Source: Oculina patagonica
Lineage: Eukaryota
DNA: 64,000 nucleotides
NCBI RefSeq assembly: GCF_052425735.1
Contig: NW_027558036.1
Span: 1,922,001 to 1,986,000 of the forward strand
Direction of reading: 5' to 3'
Shown: positions 13,532 to 22,094 of the stretch, in pieces
Numbering within the stretch: the stretch's first letter is position 1
Layout of the letters: every line of letters begins with the position of its first letter
The notes under the pieces: model-generated
What the model saw: only the letters and a program-made list of their open reading frames with translations
Database searches by the model: none
What the model was told of the DNA's origin: nothing
Translations under genes and position numbers: made by a program

Positions 13532-14535
13532 TCATAGAGATAATGATTTAGATACTTCAAGCCTACTGGCGAGAGAATCTTTAACATAAATGTTCTTTGC
13601 TGTGGCAGTAGCCCATCGACCATGGCGCTGAAGGTTCCTTTCTGAGACACCGGAACTAGCTGCCGAAGTAGCGCCCCCTGACCTAGTGGAATGCGTACTA
13701 AACTTAGAGATATCAGGCACAATGCTCGCAAAAGAGTTCTTAAAAGACTGTCTATAAGTTGAATAGCTGATAGGCTTATTTACAGAAATAAGACGCTTAC
13801 GATTACCAGAAGAGGAAATAGGTCTAAACAAATATTCGTCTGAATTATCAGCAATAAGAGCTTTCTGCATATACAATTTGAGCAAGGTGCAAGGACACGT
13901 ATCCGTACGCGTTTCTGCGATAACAACAGATCTCCCCTCTCTTAGTTGGTCAGTCTTGCTTTTCTCAATATTAATGGTCATGAAACCCTCACTAAAGAGA
14001 ACATCCTTGCTACGAATAACGCATAACTCAGAACTTCTAAGAAAACCAGAAAATGCAAGAATGAACATAACTAAATTTCTCAATTGCAAAAGATCTTCTA
14101 AGTTAAAATCTGCAACAAGAAGCTTTAGGTGGCTCACATCCAGGGGTTCCTTCCTGTTGGTTGAAGGCTGGCTAGCAAGGCGAAGAGCTCCTTCTTTAAC
14201 AGCGATAACAGTGGGGTGTGTAGTAGGCGAATCGACTCCGGCAAGGTGGTGAGCCCATCTAAAAGCATAGAACGCACAGTTAATGGCGGAGGCAGACTTG
14301 GACGACTCAAGAAGGTGCTGCAAATAAAGGGCACAGTCGATCGGTCTAACGGGAAAGTCCTTGGAGTCCAAGACTTCTCTGGCGAAAGCTCTCCATTTGT
14401 TGAAAGCCCTGAGGTAGACTTCGGATGTCCCGGCTGCTTTAGAAGCTAACACTGTTGATTTAAGGTTCTCTTTCAATAGGGACACAGTGGCAGTGTTCTG
14501 GGTCTCTGAAGACCAGAAACCGGAAACGAAGATAT
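13532..14535 (-). CDS. Tyrosine recombinase (YR) of the PAT-like element; probable terminal exon
   Basis: Catalytic residues FLRSSE (R), KSKTD (K), HSTRSGG (HxxR), RHGRW, NIYVKD (Y). Start placed at the splice acceptor TTTTTTTTCCATAG; no in-frame ATG before the catalytic domain. Confidence 0.88.
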
Positions 14536-14990
14536 CTATGGAAAAAAAACAAATGAGAGATACGAAATATGAGAGATAACGAAAAACAGCATATAAGGTC
14601 CGCCGGCGGAAATTTAATGTGGATTCAAACAAAAACAATATTCTCTCTAAGGAATATCGATATTCGAGGTCCGTACATATCCGCAAACATAAATACCCCT
14701 CAAGGGTGAAAACGCATAGAGAAAAAGGTACAAGCGAAAAATCAGTGCCCTACAGGCAAAAAACAACGTCAATAACATCAAACTCTCATAGCCCTCAAGG
14801 CATACCCCTCTAAGGTTTAAATACATGGTAAACAAAATACCCCTCTAGGGCAAAATAGCTGATAAGGAAGACACTACTACACAACTCGGAGCGAATAAAT
14901 AAGGCGCGTAAAAGAACGACTTAACAACTAGTATTCTAAGCATACATAACCCCTCCAGGGTATGAAGCCATAACAGGTACGAGCAGCAGC

Positions 14991-15347
14991 TCAAATACCA
15001 GGGACACGAAACGACTCGCGTGAAAAATCAGAATCTAGTCTGGGGACGATGCCAAAGTCAATACGCAGAGCTAATGAAACAAAAGGGATTGGCCTACTGC
15101 CAAAAATAGAGTTCTTGGCTTTTCCTCTAATGAACAAATTAGGAAAATTAGGCAGGATAACCCAGTCATGAATAAATGTACTCCAGTGTAAACCATCTGA
15201 ACACAGGATGGGCCAGAAGTGGGCTGATCTCCAAAGGGGAACAATTAGAGTTCCTTTTGCACTGCAAAGCTTCATGTGATTGATAACTTTACAAGTTAAA
15301 TAGACAGGAGGGCACAGCCAATTATTGTGATGAGACCAATCCTGAGA
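14991..15347 (-). CDS. pol C-terminal segment (methyltransferase-like domain)
   Basis: Reads SQDWSHHNNWLCPPVYL...GTLIVPLWRSAHFWP, continuous with GVNAF at 18547 once the insertion and one TSD copy are removed. Confidence 0.85.
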   Translation of the reverse strand, partial: SQDWSHHNNWLCPPVYLTCKVINHMKLCSAKGTLIVPLWRSAHFWPILCSDGLHWSTFIHDWVILPNFPNLFIRGKAKNSIFGSRPIPFVSLALRIDFGIVPRLDSDFSRESFRVPGI

Positions 15348-15876
15348 AAATGTGACCTTGCACGGGAAAACGTACTTTAACGCTTTTTCGTTTAACGACT
15401 TAAATCGTTAGTTAGTCGTTAGATTACCGTTAGGACGACTTAGAAAATCGTTAGAAGCGTTAGAATGGTCGTTAGAAAAATTTTCTTTGTCGTTAGAAGC
15501 GTCAGAAAAATCGTTAAAAAAGATCATGCACGTCGTTAGATGTATCAAGAAAATTCGTTCAAATCGTTAGTGAAAATCGTTAGAATCTCCGTACAAGTCG
15601 TTAGTTAAAATCGTTAGAATCTCCGTTTAAGTCGTTTGAAACGTTAGAAAATCAGTTAGAATTACCTTTCAAGTAATAATGTGAACGCTAAAGGAAGTAA
15701 TACTTGTTGGATTATCGCTCTGTTATCGTTTAAATCGTTATGTTAGTCCAATTGTTTTATAAACGCACCTGATGATCATCGGTGTATTCGACTCGTGTTT
15801 AGGAGAAATGCGAACACGAAGGCAAGCAAGCAAACAAAACAGTTTATCTATACCTTAACGAATTTTTAATAAAATT

Positions 15877-16188
15877 ATGCATACATTGAAACTCGACTGG
15901 ACTTCGTTCCTTAGTCAATTCTTTAAGAAGTTGCCAAACATCAAGAAGTATCATCACTTCCGTTTCTCCAAGGAAAACCCTGGAATGATCTACTTCAAGG
16001 AATTCGTGTCTTCTCCAGAACAATCGTTCCAGTTGTTAAAGAACAATGTTATTCTTCCGCCTGCTTCAACCCTTCCTCGCGAAATCAAACCCGATGGACT
16101 GACCGAGGAACGCAAGAACTATCTTTACCGCGAAATAAGGCAGTTTTGTAAACCAGGAACCGAGCACCTCGTAGCTCCAGCGCCATGA
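15877..16188 (+). pseudogene. C-terminal remnant of a putative Sola-type transposase
   Basis: DWTSFL..IKKYHHFRF..PG..GLTEERKNYLYREIRQFC..AP resembles the C-terminus of Sola-associated proteins as I recall them; no DDD core is present. Confidence 0.55.
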
Positions 16189-16258
16189 ATTTCCGAAACG
16201 GCTCTTTTAGAGTCAATGCGCCCTGCTTTCGTCGTTTTGGACGTTTGTAGGTCGCTTA

Positions 16259-16284
16259 AAACGGCTCTTTTAGGAGCCACCAAA
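16259..16284 (+). terminator. Histone-mRNA-like 3' stem-loop
   Basis: AAAC-GGCTCT-TTTA-GGAGCC-ACCAAA, with the stem starting 74 nt after the remnant's stop codon; degenerate copy at 16200-16214. Confidence 0.6.
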
Positions 16285-18546
16285 TCTATGAAAGTCATGA
16301 TCAACATTGAGTTATCTGAGTACTTTAATAATTGCGGAATAAAGTCTATTCTTTTTATTAAATTAAGAGCTGTAAACTGCGAGAACCTTCACCTCCATAT
16401 ACGCTCCACATGGTATCCGGTCGGATCATAAGCCTTCCTTAGATTAGCCCCAACCCAAAGTCGAGTAGTCCTCAACCCAAAGTTTATTTTCCCCAGTTTA
16501 AAAGACTCTTTAGACGCCGTACTTTTCAAAAATAATTTTCCTAAATTGACAAAAAGACGCCTCTTGATTCAGACGCCAAACTTTTTGGCCGTTCCTAATA
16601 CAGTTCCAAAAAAACCAGTCAAATTACATTATAATAATCTATGAATTAGATCGGCACATTAAAAGTACGGCGTCTGAATCAAAGGCGTACTAATTTAATT
16701 CAGACGCCGATCTTTTCATGCACAGTAAAAACCCGCGTGTAAGAACCTAGGGATTTAAGAATCTTCTGGCAGAAATTTGCTTTTTTAATACCCCAAAACA
16801 TAAGAACCTGTTTAGCCAAATAAATTCCAAAGTCATTGAAGTATGGAAAAGTTGCCGCCAGATTGGACCTTTAAAGTTAAGGTTTTATAGGTTTTGTGAT
16901 TGTTGTTTGACCAAAGGAAAATTTCCATGTAAGAAAACTGAACTTCGGTCAATATTATTTTATATAAATATATTTTTATCGAACGACTATTTGGACTAAG
17001 TCTCGTTTAATTATTTCAGTATTTAGGTTGCGCGCGCGAATGGCATCGTTTCATGTTTGCTTTAACCCATTTTTGTTTTTGTTTTACAAAATTCTGTCCT
17101 TAAGTCCGTCTGAATTCCGTCAATAATTATAAACACGCACCAGTTCTTGAATAAGCCTTCTTTGTCCATAAAATCACAAGTATAAACAATTGAAAAGTTT
17201 TAAGATAAAAAGGGAAAAAGATCACACGTTCCTTGCGCGGGCCACTAATGAACTGGTATTGTTAATAAGGCCAAACTGTAAACAACTAAGTTTTGAAATT
17301 TGTAGTAAACCTTGCCGCGAATGTGTGACATTCCAATAATTAAAAATATTTTTTGTTGGTCCATGTTCGCACGCGCGGGAAAGTCACAAGTTTCATTGAG
17401 TATAAACAATAGAGAAGTTGACAAATTCACATTTACCTCAGGCGGGCCACTGACAAACTGATATTGTAAAGGAAATCTTTACTACAGAAAGTTGCTCCTT
17501 GTTCCGTTCGCACGCGGCCAAAATTTAATTAATTTTGCGCGTGTGACGAAATAATCCAAAATTATGGTGCGTCACTAAGTGAAAGACACTAGTCTGCGCG
17601 CTGTTATTTATTAAGAATTTGCTTATATAAGAAGTTTTAAAAGCGCATTAAAGAAATTTTTATCAATAAAGAACTGAGAGAAAAACTTGTTATTTTAATC
17701 TTAACAGCGAACATCTTACACTTAAATTACTTTTTTTCTCTTCGGTCGATGAAGAGAGTGGATATAGCGGGACCTGGGGCCAAGCAATCGGTTGCTATGA
17801 CAATGTTAAACCGGTTGTGTCCTGGGCACAAAGTTGCTTCGCTCATCCTTAGACGTTGCCCAAACGTTTTTGCCGAAATAATTTTACACTTAAAGACTTT
17901 TTAACGCTAAAGTTAAGGAGAAAAACACTAAAGAAACTTCCTCGCACTGCTCATTTTAATCTGATGTGGTCGAAGAGTCGAAAATATGCGACAGTTATTT
18001 TACATCTGCAGCGAATTCTGCTTTCGATGTCCGAAAGCACTGTTTTATACCATTATAAACACTGAACTTTCGGTAAGTAATAAAGATTTTATCATTTGGA
18101 AATGATTTGGCGTCCTTCTAATAAGCTAGACTAGTTCTTAGACTAGCTGTGTATCACTTCTCGTTCAATTTCTTGCTCAAAGCACATGTTTCAGTCGTAA
18201 TGTCTTCTCGATCTCGGCGCGAAATGATAACTTATGATTTTAAGCTTACTTGGCAAAGTAAGTCCGCTCGTTTATGTTTATGTCGTTAGCCAATTCGTTA
18301 GTCCGCTCGTTTATGTTTATGTCGTTAGCCAATTCGTTAGTCCGCTCGTTAGAGTCGTTTGAAAAAGTCGTTAGGCACTTCGTTAGAATGTTCTCGCAAG
18401 TCGTTAGATATTTTTGCTTGAGCGTTCAACTCGTTAATAAAGTCGTTAGAGCGTTATGAAAAGTCGTTAGTTACTCGTTAGTTAGACGTTAGTTTTTGCC
18501 CGTTTAACGAAATATCGTTAAAGTACGTTTTCCCGTGCAAGGTCAC

Positions 18547-20277
18547 AAATGCGTTGACCCCACTGGAACCAGGCTGATAGAATCTGGAATTGAACAAGGG
18601 GATCTTGGCGTTGTAAGAACAAGCAAACCTATCGCAGGAATGTGGGCCCCATAACTCGTCAAGGGCATGGAAGACTTCATCATTGATAGTGTAATCATCG
18701 TAGTCGATAAATTTACTGACATCATCAGCCGCACTATTAAGGTCTCTTGGGATCCATTGAACATCAATGTTAATGGCATTAAGCAAACAACTTTGATAAA
18801 TATCCATGGCAAGATCCTGCAACAAATGAACTTTGGAACCAGAGTTAACAATCCGAACGACGTTCTGGTTGTCAGTAAACCAGGTGACTGTCTGTGCTTT
18901 CAAAGATTCGTTAAACGCCTTCAAGGACAAAGAAACAGCTAACAACTCTCTGTACGTAGAACTCTGAGCTTTCTCGAAATCCGACCAGTTTTGATGGAAG
19001 ATCTTGCCCTCGAAGTCAATAAAACTAGCACAAGCAGAGCCAGAGGCATCCGAATAGACAATCTTGGAAGGTTTACTGCTAACAGGCCACATAGGAATCC
19101 CATTTAAGCTTGCCACATTGGATGACCAGAAATTGAGCTCAGCCAAGGCGTCTGAAGAGAGGTATACGGAAGCATTCCAAGACGGCGCAGAGTTGATGAC
19201 AGCAAACAGATTCCTGGACATAAGTCTGGAGACATTGCCGACGCAGTTGCCAAGAGAAATAATCTTCCCGCAAACACTAGCAAGCTTACGAACTGGAAGA
19301 CAAATTGAAGAAGTAGCCAAAAGAGACGACAAATCTTGTTGTAAAGAAGTAACACGCTTCTCAGTAGCAGAAATTTCAGACGTTGCCGTGTTTAAAACGG
19401 TCCCGAGCCACGTAATAATCTGCGTTGGCTCCCAAACACATTTAGCTTCGTTAGGGAGAAAGCCAGATTTAAACAAATCAGCATGAACTTGTAAACTTGC
19501 AATTTTCGCTTTGCTCTCGTCAGCAGCAGCCCCGAGGCCATCATCCAAAAACACAATAATCGCTTTCGACTCTGACCTCCATTTCTTGACTAAAGGCTTA
19601 AGCAACTTGGTAAACAGAAAGGGAGCAGAACTGAGACCGAACGGTAAAACAGTAAACTCAAAATATCTTGTGCATCCTGAAGAAAAAGTCCAAGCAAAAG
19701 ATAGAAATTGCCTGTGTTCGGGAAAAATCTCGACGTGATGATACCCTGATTTAAGGTCAAAAGAAAACATGAAATCGCCTGGATTCAGCACTTCTTTCGC
19801 GACAGTCAAATCTTCACACCTGAACTTGATTTTGTAAAGAAACTGGTTAACGTGACGAAGATCTAAAATAAGCCGTTTTTTGCCTGATTTTTGAATGGAA
19901 ACAGACAAAGGATTGATAATCACAGGTGCTTGAAATACTTCAGCGACACAACCTTGCGAGATAAGCTCATTAATAGCGGATTCAACAAAAGGTGATTCAT
20001 CCAAAGCCGAAGAATTGTTCTTAGCCACAAAGGGCGTCGGAATTTGTAAAAGTGGTAGCTTGTAACCAAACTCAATCACGTCCAGAATAAATTTAGGTGC
20101 GCGGATGTCCTTCCAGAAATTTAAAGCTCTACGGAGTCTTCCCTTGACAGATACGCAATCAACACCAGATTTCAGCAAACAGGACGCTCCATTAACGCGA
20201 AGAAAAATCAGATCATCAAAAGTTGAGTTCTCCTCTTCAAGCACAAGGTCCAAATCCAGTTCGGAATCCGAAATTAG
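18547..20277 (-). CDS. pol: pol (RT + RNase H + start of MT-like domain), interrupted at 18546
   Basis: KKRLILDLR, FDLKSGYHHV, LPFGLSSAP, FLDDG (RT); YSDAS, SSTYREL, TDNQN, WIPRDLNSAAD (RNase H); DRFA (MT-like). Frame is open from immediately after the gag TGA. Confidence 0.92.
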
Positions 20278-20973
20278 TCACTTAGATTGTTGAGCGGCCT
20301 TCGAGGTGCTGGCAAACTGTAGGGTAGGGCAACAAGCCCTCCAATGACCCGGTTGACCGCAAGCAAAACATACACCAGAGCTAGATCTCTGGGACAAACT
20401 CTGAGGACGCACACGCGAAAATAAATTAGGCAACTGTGAGGCGGAAAGTTGCGGTGTCGCAGCGGTGACAGGCGTTACAAATCTTCTTTGCTGAGCTGAG
20501 CGAGAAGCGAACCGCTTGGTAGATCTAGCTGCTCTAGACTCTGCCCTGTAGATCTTTTTCTCGTCCTCTTCATCGTCCGCAAGATCATGATGCTTGTACT
20601 CAACCACAGTTTTCCAACCGTAAGGCGATTTGTCTGCCAACAAAATTAACTTCTGGCGTTCCTTCAATAAGTCCATACCTTTGTCGAGCGCCTCCTTGGT
20701 CTTTTGCAAATCTTTGTTATCAAGGGCAGTCTGCGCGTCCTCGACGGCATCCTTAATAGCCTTGTTAGCGTTGAATTGTTCCTCGTTACTCTTTTTATTG
20801 AAATGATGGACGGGATCCCGCTTCAACCTTTTGATTTCCGACATTTGGTGCGATGCAATGGTCTCATTAGAACGCTTGAGATCCGATATAGAGGATTTAA
20901 CAAGATCCTGAATCTGAACGAGAAGACCTTGATTGTTATCCGCGATGACTTTTCGAACGCTCTCTTCATCCAT
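20278..20973 (-). CDS. gag: gag-like protein with CCHC zinc knuckle
   Basis: ATG at 20973 (MDEESVRK); RQKLILLADKSPYGWKTVVEY motif of DIRS-group gag; CFACGQPGHWRACC. Confidence 0.88.
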   Translation of the reverse strand: MDEESVRKVIADNNQGLLVQIQDLVKSSISDLKRSNETIASHQMSEIKRLKRDPVHHFNKKSNEEQFNANKAIKDAVEDAQTALDNKDLQKTKEALDKGMDLLKERQKLILLADKSPYGWKTVVEYKHHDLADDEEDEKKIYRAESRAARSTKRFASRSAQQRRFVTPVTAATPQLSASQLPNLFSRVRPQSLSQRSSSGVCFACGQPGHWRACCPTLQFASTSKAAQQSK

Positions 20974-21003
20974 AACGGGAAAAATAGGGAAAAGGACAAA
21001 TAC

Positions 21004-21176
21004 AAACAACGTAGTGTGAAGCCGAGGAAGGCTGACCGTAGAATGTCACAACTTTCTCAACGGACACTTTTCAAACCGCCTAACCGTGAGGCCTCACGCA
21101 CTACCCTCGCCCCAGTTTTCTGATACGTGTCGGCAAAATATTAATTTATGTTAATCAGGACCAACACAAATTACAT
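21004..21176 (-). repeat. Split direct repeat A1 (173 bp), 5' end of the PAT-like element
   Basis: Same sequence as 13258-13430. Confidence 0.95.
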
Positions 21177-21246
21177 TTTGTCGCAGTCGCTTGCGTGAGG
21201 TAGTCTTCGAATCGGTTGGGACCTCTTCCGTTTCAAGTTTTTCCAT
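21176..21246 (-). CDS. N-terminus of LINE ORF1 (MEKLETEEVPTDSKTTSRKRLRQ)
   Basis: ATG at 21246, ~110 nt from the LINE 5' end; can be joined in frame to KSTGSQ at 12954. Confidence 0.7.
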
Positions 21247-21516
21247 TTTTTGCAGACAGAGCGCTGATTAAATTGAGATTCACATACTTTTTTAAAGATT
21301 TCTTCAGGAGAGATCAAATACACGTCTGTCTTCTACCTGTGCTACCGCGCCTTCCCCACTAGTTTCGATATCGGTCCGTGTAAAATTTTACCGGCCAACA
21401 GTTGTCGAAGCTTCTTTTGAAAACAAAAACTTTAACTCTGTTTCCCTGCAGATCTACGGTCCCTTTCTGCTTGCAACACAGAAACAAGAATAATTACTAG
21501 ACTGTAAACTCGTTAA

Positions 21517-22094
21517 CCCTATTCAGACCGGGCTTTTTTGGACCTTCTCAGACCGGGGGGGGGCTTCGGAAGCCCCCCCTATCTAACTTCCAGAATATTT
21601 AAGCAATCACAATGAAACTTATAGGATGTATTGTATGTCCGAAAATCTTTCTTTTGGTATATGTCACGTGATATGGTGACGTCACATCACGTGACAATTA
21701 CATCATGATGTCAAAACAGCCGCCATCTTGGATCCGCCATCTTGGATTTCAAAATTCTTCCAAAATGCCCGAAAACCACCCAAAATTATTGCAAAGTACT
21801 CAAAATCAATAAAAATGTGCTTTAAACCCGTAAAAATGTAAAAATAATTCCATTTAAGTTGATTTTTATTGACAGAAACACGCAAAATTACAAATTTGGG
21901 AAAACATGCCTGTCAAAATGACGTTGCCATGGTGATGTCAAGTTCATGACACATCATCCAACCCTACCAAATTGTTGCCAGATAAATTTTAGGAAAACTC
22001 AGAAAGTTTGGGAGCGTTTGATGTAATCTTAAAAAAGTTATAAAAGTTCAAAGTCAGCGCGGGCCTCAAAAGCCCCCCCCCGGTCTGAATAGGG
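21517..22094. mobile_element. piggyBac-type MITE
   Basis: TIR CCCTATTCAGACCGGG ... CCCGGTCTGAATAGGG with TTAA on both sides; second copy at 46021-46590, partial copy at ~27025-27232. Confidence 0.88.

Larger units (their letters stand above)
15352..18546 (+). mobile_element. Non-autonomous DNA transposon, Sola1-like
   Basis: Perfect 31-bp TIR GTGACCTTGCACGGGAAAACGTACTTTAACG (15352-15382 / 18516-18546); 4-bp TSD AAAT (15348-51, 18547-50), which fits the AWWT target of Sola1; carries a transposase-like C-terminal remnant. The superfamily call is less certain than the element itself. Confidence 0.8.
12953..21176 (-). mobile_element. PAT-like (DIRS order) tyrosine-recombinase retrotransposon with split direct repeats
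   Basis: Sense-strand order A1(21176-21004)-gag-pol(RT/RH/MT)-YR-B1(13509-13431)-A2(13430-13258)-spacer-B2(13031-12953). Repeat copies read as identical; ends share only ATTTTG microhomology with the target, so a TSD is not required. Confidence 0.92.
7864..21357 (-). mobile_element. Full-length L1/Tx1-group LINE (defective; hosts nested insertions)
   Basis: 15-bp TSD ACTAGTTTCGATATC at 7849-7863 and 21358-21372; AATAAA running into poly(A) (poly-T on + at 7864-7887); 5' end GGGGAAGGCGCGG; ORF1 and ORF2 in order. Confidence 0.93.

Noticed and set aside
14536-14686. N-terminal 50 aa of the predicted 384-aa YR ORF
   Set aside because: TTG start and a translated polypyrimidine tract; more likely intron.
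15400-18495. CRISPR-like or telomere-like reading of the CGTTAG arrays
   Set aside because: Irregular 6-7-nt motifs confined to transposon subtermini; no repeat-spacer periodicity and no cas genes.
18478-18546. C-terminus VTLHGKTYF... of the 591-aa pol ORF
   Set aside because: Translation running into the inserted TIR; real pol resumes at 15347.
12953-21176. Alternative calls: DIRS1-type, Ngaro or LTR retrotransposon
   Set aside because: Repeats are split and direct, not inverted; there is no integrase or protease; the MT-like domain favours PAT over Ngaro (phylogeny not run).
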